Origin: Lachnospiraceae bacterium
GTDB lineage: Bacteria > Bacillota > Clostridia > Lachnospirales > Lachnospiraceae
Direction of reading: 5' to 3'
DNA length: 64,000 nt
Assembly: GCA_045598365.1 (NCBI GenBank)
Contig: JAZLLV010000056.1
Location: forward strand, 9,498-73,497
Shown: positions 1-7,936 of the stretch, piece after piece
How the letters are laid out: each line of letters begins with the position of its first letter
Numbering within the stretch: the stretch's first letter is position 1
Program-made: the position numbers and the translations under genes
Notes under the pieces: model-generated
Told to the model about the DNA's origin: nothing
What the model saw: the letters and a program-made list of their open reading frames with translations, nothing else
Database searches by the model: none

Positions 1-753
1 GCGGTTAACGGTGATAATATTTTCGGACTGACTTTGAACGAGGCTGTTGCACTTATTAAGGGACCGGAAAATACGGATGTTAATCTCACAATCTACAGAG
101 AGGGTGAAAAGGACTATCTGGAATTTACGGTTACCAGAGGCAGAGTCGAATCCCCCACTGTTGAATATGAGATGAAGGAAGACCAAATCGGTTATATAAA
201 GATTACCGAATTTGACGATGTTACCACCACACAGTTCTCAAATGCTTATAAGGATCTTAACAATCAGAAAATGAAGTCCCTGATTATTGATTTAAGAAGC
301 AACGGCGGTGGAAACCTTGATACCGTACTTGATATTGCCAGGGAAATGCTTCCTGCAGGAATCATTACCTACACGGAAGATAAAAACGGACATCGTGAAG
401 AATATATGTGTAAGGGAAAAAGCGTAATAAAGATTCCTGTGGTTGTGCTTACAAACGGCTATACCGCAAGTGCATCGGAACTTCTTACGGGCGCCCTTAA
501 GGATTACGGCCTTGCCACTGTAATGGGCACTAATACCTTCGGAAAGGGAATCGTACAGACCATATATCCTCTTGAGGACGGTAGTGGTCTTAAGATTACC
601 ACCAGCAGATACTATACACCTTCCGGCATATGCATTCACGGAGACGGAATTGCACCTGATATAGAAATTGAGTTTGACTCAGAACTTTATTATGGTGAGG
701 ACAAAATAGATAATCAGCTTAATGCGGCTATTGATTACTTAAAGAAAAAATAA
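1..753 (+). CDS. ctpA: C-terminal processing peptidase (S41A, CtpA/CtpB family), 5'-truncated by the window edge
   Basis: Frame is open from base 1. Tail of a PDZ domain, then S41 motifs IDLRSNGGG, TASASE (catalytic Ser) and GKG. Confidence 0.9.
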   Translation, partial: AVNGDNIFGLTLNEAVALIKGPENTDVNLTIYREGEKDYLEFTVTRGRVESPTVEYEMKEDQIGYIKITEFDDVTTTQFSNAYKDLNNQKMKSLIIDLRSNGGGNLDTVLDIAREMLPAGIITYTEDKNGHREEYMCKGKSVIKIPVVVLTNGYTASASELLTGALKDYGLATVMGTNTFGKGIVQTIYPLEDGSGLKITTSRYYTPSGICIHGDGIAPDIEIEFDSELYYGEDKIDNQLNAAIDYLKKK

Positions 754-758
754 GATGG

Positions 759-787
759 AAAATGCTTTCCAAAAGAAAGCATTTTTT
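759..787 (+). terminator. Intrinsic terminator after ctpA
   Basis: 11-bp stem AAAATGCTTTC / GAAAGCATTTT with a 5-nt loop, running into a T tract. Confidence 0.75.
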
Positions 788-862
788 GTCATATATTAAG
801 CATTTATATTGCTATTTTTAAACAAATGGGGATGTTATTATATTTACGAAAAGGGGTAAAGT

Positions 863-2014
863 ATGTATCGAAACATTTATGTTGAGATAGATAATTCCAA
901 AATACTTAGTAACAGCAAACTTTTATGTGAGACCTTTCCTCACAAATACAATATTGCTGTTATAAAGGGTAATGCCTACGGCCATGGCTATGGTATTATC
1001 CCAGCCTTGATTAAAGGCGGAATGAATGCCTTTGCTGTCTCTTCTTTGGATGAGGCAATAGAGGTAAGGAAATACGATAAAGAGCATCCGGTGATAATGC
1101 TTCAGCCGGTTTCGAAAATATATTACGGACTTTGTTCCGCGGAGAACATATCGGTTCTTGTAAATGATACAGACACTCTTGAAGATGTAATTAAAAGTGG
1201 CGAGAGTCTCAAGGTACAGTTTAAGGTAAACTGCGGAATGAACAGGCTTGGCTACCGTGACGGTAGTCTCCTTTCAAGAGATGTGGACAGGGCTATGAAA
1301 TGCGACAAGGTGCAGGTGGAAGGCATTTTCTCACATTTTCATACATCAGGCCTTACAGATAACGAATACGCAGACAATCGCAGGAGATTTGAGGAAATTG
1401 TTAAGGACATAGATTTATCAAAGATTCCCATGGTTCACCTTGATAAGACACAGACAATTCTCCTTCACAAAACTCCGGATTACTGTAACGGAGCACGTTT
1501 CGGACTGTCATTGTACGGATTTCCGTCCATATATCCCTATGATGCTTCACCCAAGGGCAAGCTTCTTACCCTGAGGCGGGATATAAAGAACAGGCTCAAT
1601 CATGTGGAGCCCTCAATTGAAATAAAGAATTACGACTTAAAGCCTGCCTTTGCTTTGAAAACTGAGGTTATAGAGATTAACGTGGTTCCCGCAGGAGAGT
1701 ATGTGGGCTATGGTCTTAAATATAAAACCACAAAGGCAGAAAGAATTGCAGTTATAGATGCAGGATACGCAGACGGAATCGGAAGAAAACGTTCCGGAAC
1801 AAAGGTATGTATCAATGGCAGAAAGTATCCCATTGTGGGAGAAGTCGGCATGGGTATGTGCCAGGTACAGGTGGATGACAATGTAAAAAAGGGAGATGCG
1901 GTTACTGTTTTGGGGGCAGACATTTCCATAAAGGCCATTGCCTCGGCGCTTGAAACCACCACCTATGAAGTATTAACAAATATTAATTCACAGATTCAGA
2001 GAAGATATCTTTGA
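863..2014 (+). CDS. alr: PLP-dependent amino-acid racemase, alanine racemase fold; substrate uncertain
   Basis: PLP-lysine motif [23 protein letters not shown], catalytic Tyr in GEYVGYG, and TTTYEV. Divergent at the ANSAA and GRICMDQ positions. Confidence 0.85.
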   Translation: MYRNIYVEIDNSKILSNSKLLCETFPHKYNIAVIKGNAYGHGYGIIPALIKGGMNAFAVSSLDEAIEVRKYDKEHPVIMLQPVSKIYYGLCSAENISVLVNDTDTLEDVIKSGESLKVQFKVNCGMNRLGYRDGSLLSRDVDRAMKCDKVQVEGIFSHFHTSGLTDNEYADNRRRFEEIVKDIDLSKIPMVHLDKTQTILLHKTPDYCNGARFGLSLYGFPSIYPYDASPKGKLLTLRRDIKNRLNHVEPSIEIKNYDLKPAFALKTEVIEINVVPAGEYVGYGLKYKTTKAERIAVIDAGYADGIGRKRSGTKVCINGRKYPIVGEVGMGMCQVQVDDNVKKGDAVTVLGADISIKAIASALETTTYEVLTNINSQIQRRYL

Positions 2015-3255
2015 TGGAGAAAAGAATAATGACTCACAACGTTGTTTTGCTGGGTTCTGATATAAATGCCTATTATATGGCAAGATGCTACTACGAATTG
2101 TTTAACGAACCCGTTGATATGATAGCCGCAGAGAAGATTCGTTTTACCGAGTTTTCTTCGATTGTAAATATACAGTATCACCCGAATCTTAAGAATGAAG
2201 AAGTCTTTGTAGAGACACTTATTGAGTATGGTAAAGTCCATCTTGATAAGGGAAGGAGTCTGGTTATTCCCTGCCATGATGTATATGTGGATCTTCTTTT
2301 GAGAAAAGCCAACCAGCTTACTTCCTACTTTGTTTTTAACTGTCCTTCTTTTGAAATTGCAGACAGTTTTCTTGATAAGGAAAAATTTTATAAGAAGTAT
2401 GCAGGCAGCAAGCTTAAGTTCGCAAGAACCGAGTATTATGACTGCTCTTTAGAGGAAACAGCGCCCATTCCCGTGGATATGTTTTATCCCCTTATCATTA
2501 AGCCTGGCGACGCTATTGAGTATTACAGACATGTTTTTCCCGGTCAGCCCAAGGTATTTAAGGCAACGACCCCTGATAATGCCGTCAATTTTATCAATAA
2601 GGTTAAGGCATCAGGCTATAAGGGAACTCTTCTTGTGCAGGAATTCATTCAGGGAGATGATACGAATCTTTTTGACTCGATTTTCTATTGCAACAAAAAG
2701 GGAAAGGCTGAGCTTGCCACCTTTGCGCAGATTGGCCTTCAGGAGCATTCTCCTTCAGCCATAGGAAATGCCACTGTTTTAATTAACGGCTACAATCAGT
2801 ATGGCGGAACTGAAGAAATAATAGGGGAACTTAAGGAATTTCTTGAGGACCTTGGCTATACGGGCTTCTGTGAGTTTGACATAAAGTACGACAACAGAGA
2901 CAAGACCTTTAAGGTTATGGAAATCAATCCAAGGCAGGCCCGTTCAAGCTACTATCTTGCGGCTCTTGGTCACAACCTTATTGAGTATCTTTACAATGAT
3001 GTTTTCGAAAATGAAGAGCGTGAGTTTACTCTTCTTAAGGACGAATATCTTCTGACAATGGTTCCAAAATGCATCGTCAGAAAATACATCTTTAACACCG
3101 AATATAAGAAGAAAGCGCTTAAACTCTGGCGCAAACACAAAAAGTGCGATCCCTTAAGATTTTCAAAGGAAAAATCAATTAAGCACAGACTGTATCTTAT
3201 GCTCAGAGCTTACAGATACAGACAGAAGTACAGAAAGTTTTCCAACACCATATAG
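2014..3255 (+). CDS. ATP-grasp carboxylate-amine ligase, D-aspartate ligase (Asl/YxbA) family
   Basis: LLGSDINAYYMAR N-terminus, LIIKP, QEFIQGDD and GYTGFCEFDIKYDNRDKTFKVMEINPRQARSSYY match the Asl family from memory. ATG 2014 overlaps the racemase stop (TGATG); an alternative start at 2029 has a GGAGA SD. Confidence 0.8.
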   Translation: MEKRIMTHNVVLLGSDINAYYMARCYYELFNEPVDMIAAEKIRFTEFSSIVNIQYHPNLKNEEVFVETLIEYGKVHLDKGRSLVIPCHDVYVDLLLRKANQLTSYFVFNCPSFEIADSFLDKEKFYKKYAGSKLKFARTEYYDCSLEETAPIPVDMFYPLIIKPGDAIEYYRHVFPGQPKVFKATTPDNAVNFINKVKASGYKGTLLVQEFIQGDDTNLFDSIFYCNKKGKAELATFAQIGLQEHSPSAIGNATVLINGYNQYGGTEEIIGELKEFLEDLGYTGFCEFDIKYDNRDKTFKVMEINPRQARSSYYLAALGHNLIEYLYNDVFENEEREFTLLKDEYLLTMVPKCIVRKYIFNTEYKKKALKLWRKHKKCDPLRFSKEKSIKHRLYLMLRAYRYRQKYRKFSNTI

Positions 3256-3271
3256 GAAAGAGAGATATTCT

Positions 3272-5137
3272 ATGTGTGGATTTGCAGGTTTTATCGATAA
3301 CCTGAATACAGATAAAAAAAGAACCGTTATTAAGGAGATGAGCGATTCCATTGCCCACAGAGGTCCCGACGGAGAGGGCTTCTATGTGGATGACAGTATT
3401 GCTATGGGATTCAGACGCTTAAGCATCATTGACCTTAATACAGGAGACCAGCCCCTTTATAACGAGGACAAGTCTCTGGTTATTAACTTTAACGGTGAAA
3501 TTTATAACTACAGGGAATTAAGAGAAGATCTTATTTCCAAGGGCCATGTTTTTTATACAACCAGTGATACGGAGTCAATTCTTCATGGATTTGAAGAATA
3601 TGGAGAAAAAATTGTTGAAAAGCTTCGCGGTATGTTTGCCTTTGTTATCTGGAATAAGAATACAGGTGAACTTTTCGGAGCAAGAGACCCCTTTGGAATT
3701 AAGCCGTTTTACTATTACAATACCCCGGAGCTTTTTGCTTACGGCTCTGAAATAAAGGCTTTTCTAAGACACCCGGATTTTAAGAAGGAACTGAACAAGG
3801 ACGCACTTAAAACCTATATGTGCTTCCAGTATTCGGTTCCCACAGATACCTTTTTTAAGAATGTATATAAGTTAAATCCCGGTCATTACTTTTCGTTTAA
3901 GGATGGTGTCTTAAAGACAGAAGAGTACTTTAAGATTGAGTACAGAAACAACGAGGACGATTTAGATACAACAGTTGATAAGATAAACAACATAATGAAG
4001 GAAAGCATCGAATATCACAAAATCAGTGATGTTGAAGTAGGGGCTTTTCTTTCAAGCGGTGTTGATTCAAGCTACATAGTTGCAAATGCCAATGTTGACA
4101 AGGCCTTCACAGTGGGCTTTAAAAGCGATCACTTCGATGAGACAGAGGATGCCCACGCCCTTTGCGAAATACTTGGCATGAAGCATACAAGAAAGCATAT
4201 AACGGCAGACATGTTCTTTGATGCGCTGCCCACTGTTCAGTACCACTCCGATGAACCCCATGCGAATCTTTCCGCTGTGCCGCTTTACTTTCTGGCAAAT
4301 ATGGCGGCAAAGGAGGTTAAGGTAGTTCTTTCCGGTGAGGGTGCGGATGAACTGTTCGGAGGATATTATGAATACGAGACTCCTCCGGAATATGCAAAAT
4401 ACAATAAGATTCCTTTCCCTGTAAGACGCTTCTTAAAAGGCGTTGCGGAGAAGCTTCCCAACATGAAAGGAAGACATTTCCTTATTCGTGCAGGCTCCAC
4501 TTTGGAAGAATCCTACATCGGTCAGGCTTTTATCATGAACAACGAAGAGGCCGACAAGCTTCTAAAGCCCGACTACAGAGGGGGAAAGCTTTACAGCGAA
4601 GTTACTGTTCCTATTTTTGAAAAGGTCAAGGATAAGCCGGACCTTTTGAAGAAGATGTATCTTGATATGAATCTTTGGCTGCCCTATGACATTCTTTTGA
4701 AGGCTGACAAGATGACCATGGCGAATTCCCTGGAGTTAAGAGTTCCCTTCCTTGACAAGGAAGTGTTCAGGGTGAGCGAAGAGGTTCCTTTTAAGTATAT
4801 TATTAAGGATTATATTACCAAATATGCCTTCCGCCAGGCTGCGAATAAGACAATCCCCGAGGAATGGGCAAAGCGCAAGAAATTAGGCTTCCTTGTTCCT
4901 TTCAGAGAATGGCTTAAGGAAGATAAATGGTATGCCAAGGTAAAAGAGCAGTTTACTAAAGATTGGGTAAGCGAATTTTTCGATGTTGATGCAATAGTAC
5001 ATCTTCTTGACGAGCACAAAGCGGGAAAATGGAGCAATCAGAGAAAAATCTACACGATATATTCTTTTTTGATTTGGTATGAAGTATTTTTTATAAACGG
5101 TGCGATTGCACCAAAGGCGCCGGCTACAGAGGCGTAA
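3272..5137 (+). CDS. asnB: Asparagine synthase (glutamine-hydrolysing) family amidotransferase
   Basis: N-terminal nucleophile MCG, HRGPD, RRLSIIDL, FNGEIYNY, LSSGVDSS, LSGEGADELFGGY, SLELRVPFLD. Confidence 0.93.
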   Translation: MCGFAGFIDNLNTDKKRTVIKEMSDSIAHRGPDGEGFYVDDSIAMGFRRLSIIDLNTGDQPLYNEDKSLVINFNGEIYNYRELREDLISKGHVFYTTSDTESILHGFEEYGEKIVEKLRGMFAFVIWNKNTGELFGARDPFGIKPFYYYNTPELFAYGSEIKAFLRHPDFKKELNKDALKTYMCFQYSVPTDTFFKNVYKLNPGHYFSFKDGVLKTEEYFKIEYRNNEDDLDTTVDKINNIMKESIEYHKISDVEVGAFLSSGVDSSYIVANANVDKAFTVGFKSDHFDETEDAHALCEILGMKHTRKHITADMFFDALPTVQYHSDEPHANLSAVPLYFLANMAAKEVKVVLSGEGADELFGGYYEYETPPEYAKYNKIPFPVRRFLKGVAEKLPNMKGRHFLIRAGSTLEESYIGQAFIMNNEEADKLLKPDYRGGKLYSEVTVPIFEKVKDKPDLLKKMYLDMNLWLPYDILLKADKMTMANSLELRVPFLDKEVFRVSEEVPFKYIIKDYITKYAFRQAANKTIPEEWAKRKKLGFLVPFREWLKEDKWYAKVKEQFTKDWVSEFFDVDAIVHLLDEHKAGKWSNQRKIYTIYSFLIWYEVFFINGAIAPKAPATEA

Positions 5138-5150
5138 AAAGGAGACAAGT

Positions 5151-6416
5151 ATGAATAAATCCGTATTTGAAGAAAATGAATCAGTTGTAAGGTCCTACTG
5201 CAGAAAGTACCCTGTTGTGTTTGAAAAAGCAAAGGGCTCATACATTTATGATACCGAGGGAAAGGCATATCTTGACTTCCTTGCAGGCTGCGGTGCCCTT
5301 AACTATGGTCACAACAATGACGAAATCAAGGGAGCGGTTATCGAATACCTTATGCAGGATAACATTACCCATGCAATGGATATGTATACCAGGGCAAAGG
5401 CAGAATTCATTGATACCTTCAAAAACAATATTTTAGATAAAAGCGGACTTCAGTATAAGATTATGTTCTGCGGTTCCACAGGAACAAATGCTGTGGAAGC
5501 AGCGCTTAAGCTTTGCAGAAAGAATAAAAAACGTTCCAACATAGTTGCATTTATGGGTGCGTTCCACGGAATGACCTTAGGAAGCCTTGCACTTACCACC
5601 GACCAGACCAGCAGAGAGGGTGCAGGTGTGTCTCTTGACAATGTGACCTTCATTCCTTTTGAAAACGGCTTCTCCGGCAAGTTTGATTCTTTGGACTATC
5701 TTGAGAATATTCTTCTTGATGATCACTCCGGAATTGAAAAGCCCGCAGCAGTATTCATTGAAACTGTTCAGGCCGAAGGCGGAATTAATGTTGCAAGTGT
5801 TGAATGGCTTAAGCGCCTTGAAAAGCTTTGTCATGACAATGATATTCTTCTCGTGGCTGATGAAATTCAGGTGGGCTGCTCCAGAACAGGAACCTTCTTC
5901 TCCTTTGAAAGAGCAGGAATCAAGCCCGATATGGTTACCCTCAGTAAGTCCATCGGTGGCTATGGATTCCCTATGTCTTTGTTACTTATAAAAGAAGAAC
6001 TTGATATTTGGAAACCTGCGGAGCACAACGGAACCTTCAGAGGAAATCAGGTTGCTTTTGTAGCTGCCAAGAAAGCAATTGAAGTAAATGTAAACAGCAA
6101 TCTTAACGCAGAAGTAAGAAGAAAAGGTGAGCTTGTAAAGGCCTTTGTGGAAAAGAACCTTCTTCCTCTTGATGAAAACATTTCCTTAAGAGGACTTGGC
6201 CTTATCTGGGGTATCGATTTCGGAAAACTTTCAGGCGGCAGCGAAATTGCCCACAGGATAGCTGATAAATGCTTTACAAAGAATATGATAATCGAGCGTG
6301 CCGGAAGAGGTGACTCGGTTGTTAAGATTCTTCCTCCCCTTACCATTACGGATGAAGAACTTACAAAGGGACTTAATATTATTCTTGAATCAACAAAGGA
6401 AGTATTGGGCAGGTAA
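5151..6416 (+). CDS. ectB: Diaminobutyrate--2-oxoglutarate transaminase (EctB/Dat, class III aminotransferase)
   Basis: ESVVRSYCR, GCGALNYGHN, FHGMTLGSL, ETVQAEGG, DEIQVG, PLP-Lys in SKSIGG, EHNGTFRGN. AAGGAG SD before ATG 5151. Confidence 0.9.
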   Translation: MNKSVFEENESVVRSYCRKYPVVFEKAKGSYIYDTEGKAYLDFLAGCGALNYGHNNDEIKGAVIEYLMQDNITHAMDMYTRAKAEFIDTFKNNILDKSGLQYKIMFCGSTGTNAVEAALKLCRKNKKRSNIVAFMGAFHGMTLGSLALTTDQTSREGAGVSLDNVTFIPFENGFSGKFDSLDYLENILLDDHSGIEKPAAVFIETVQAEGGINVASVEWLKRLEKLCHDNDILLVADEIQVGCSRTGTFFSFERAGIKPDMVTLSKSIGGYGFPMSLLLIKEELDIWKPAEHNGTFRGNQVAFVAAKKAIEVNVNSNLNAEVRRKGELVKAFVEKNLLPLDENISLRGLGLIWGIDFGKLSGGSEIAHRIADKCFTKNMIIERAGRGDSVVKILPPLTITDEELTKGLNIILESTKEVLGR

Positions 6417-7865
6417 ATGAAACTCAGTGAACTGATTCCCACAGAGTGGGATGCGGATATAGAAGTAATAACCGATGACTCCCGCACCAAAGGCAAAAAT
6501 ATTCTTTTTGTGTGCGTGAAGGGACTTACCGTTGACGGACACAGCTTTGCGGCAAAAGCTGTGGAGAACGGTGCGGTTGCAATTGTGTGTGAGCACATTG
6601 TTGAAGGAATTTCAGTACCTCAGGTTGTTGTGAAAGACTCCCAGAGGGCAATGAATGAAATCCTTAATAAGTTTTACGGTGACCCTCTTTCAAAGCTTAA
6701 GCTTATAGGTGTAACAGGTACTGACGGCAAGACAACCACTTCCGAAATGATGTACCAGATTCTTAACGGTCTTTCAAAAAAAACCGGATACATCGGAACC
6801 AACGGCATACGTTCCGAGCACTACACTCAGGACAACGAATACACCACTCCTCTTCAGGGAGATTTGTTTAAGGCACTTAACGGTTTTTCCGAAGATTCCT
6901 GTGAATTTGTTTCAATGGAAGCTTCAGGCGAAAGACTTGGCACGGGAAAAATGGATGGTGTGGAATTTGATGCCTCCATATACACCAATCTTACAAGAGA
7001 TGCTTTGGACCTTTTTAAGACCATGGAGAACTATGGCAGTGCAAAGGCAAAGCTTATGGAATACACCAAAAAGTCCGGAGTCTGTGTCATAAACAAGGAT
7101 GATAAGTATTCGCCCATGTTTATTGAAAAGGCAAACGGTAAGGTTATCACCTATGGTGTGGAAGATAAGACGGCAGATGTATATGCAACCGATGTAAATA
7201 TTGCATATAATAATCTTTCCTTTACCATGAACGGTGTTCTTGGAACCCATAAGATAAAATGCAGCCTTTCAGGCATTTTCAATGTTTATAATATTATGGC
7301 AGTGATTTCCGCCCTTAACCATTTCGGCATTGAAGTGGAAACCCTTGTTAAGCAGGTCTCACTGCTTAAACCCATTGAAGCCAGACAGACTGTTGTGGAC
7401 TTTGGCCAGCCCTTCAGGGTAATTGTGGACTACGCACATACCGCCAATGCAGTAAAAAATCTTGTGGAATATATTAAATCCACTCTTACGGACGGCTTTT
7501 TACGTGTGGTTGTGGGCGCCGGCGGTTCAAGAGACATAAACAGAAGAACCGACATGGCCGAGTATTGCACCAAAATGGCGGATTACAATTATTTTACCAT
7601 AGAAGATGCCAGATTTGAGGATCCGCAGATGCTGGTGGAAACCATGGTTTCTACGGTTCCGACTGCTCATAATTACGAATTGATTGTGGACAGGGATGAG
7701 GCGATTGCCAAGGCTATCCACGATGCCAAGCCCGGTGATGCAATATTAATCCTTGGTAAAGGGGCTGAGCGTTATATGCTTACCAACGGAGTTCAGGTAG
7801 AACGCCCCAACGATATTGAAAGAGCCGCAATGGTTCTTAAAGAAATGGGTTATGAAGAAAAATAA
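6417..7865 (+). CDS. murE: MurE-family Mur ligase (third stem-peptide residue) with atypical specificity loop
   Basis: DSR, DGH, P-loop GVTGTDGKTTT, TNLTRD, VDYAHT, GGSRD, GKG. EDARFEDP occupies the DNPRxEDP position. Starts immediately after the ectB stop. Confidence 0.85.
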   Translation: MKLSELIPTEWDADIEVITDDSRTKGKNILFVCVKGLTVDGHSFAAKAVENGAVAIVCEHIVEGISVPQVVVKDSQRAMNEILNKFYGDPLSKLKLIGVTGTDGKTTTSEMMYQILNGLSKKTGYIGTNGIRSEHYTQDNEYTTPLQGDLFKALNGFSEDSCEFVSMEASGERLGTGKMDGVEFDASIYTNLTRDALDLFKTMENYGSAKAKLMEYTKKSGVCVINKDDKYSPMFIEKANGKVITYGVEDKTADVYATDVNIAYNNLSFTMNGVLGTHKIKCSLSGIFNVYNIMAVISALNHFGIEVETLVKQVSLLKPIEARQTVVDFGQPFRVIVDYAHTANAVKNLVEYIKSTLTDGFLRVVVGAGGSRDINRRTDMAEYCTKMADYNYFTIEDARFEDPQMLVETMVSTVPTAHNYELIVDRDEAIAKAIHDAKPGDAILILGKGAERYMLTNGVQVERPNDIERAAMVLKEMGYEEK

Positions 7866-7936
7866 TTATTCTCATGAAACATTGGTGTTCTGCTGCATTA
7901 TAGAAGTATTTGGTAGTGATTTAGAGAGAAGACATT

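Noticed and set aside
5151-6416. Ectoine biosynthesis cluster
   Set aside because: No ectA, ectC, ectD or ask adjacent; the context is cell-wall enzymes.
6047-6598. 183-aa antisense ORF over ectB/murE, and similar shadows such as 20605-21141 over mreB and 57701-58162 over the MBOAT
   Set aside because: They lie opposite well-supported genes and have no recognisable motifs or SD; consistent with codon-bias shadows.
863-7865. Glycopeptide-resistance (van) cluster suggested by a racemase plus an ATP-grasp ligase
   Set aside because: The ligase is Asl-like, not Ddl/Van-like. The racemase has no VanT membrane domain, and there is no vanRS, vanX or vanY.
7876-7890. Second LexA-like site GAAACATTGGTGTTC after murE
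   Set aside because: The half-site spacing does not fit GAAC-N4-GTTC.
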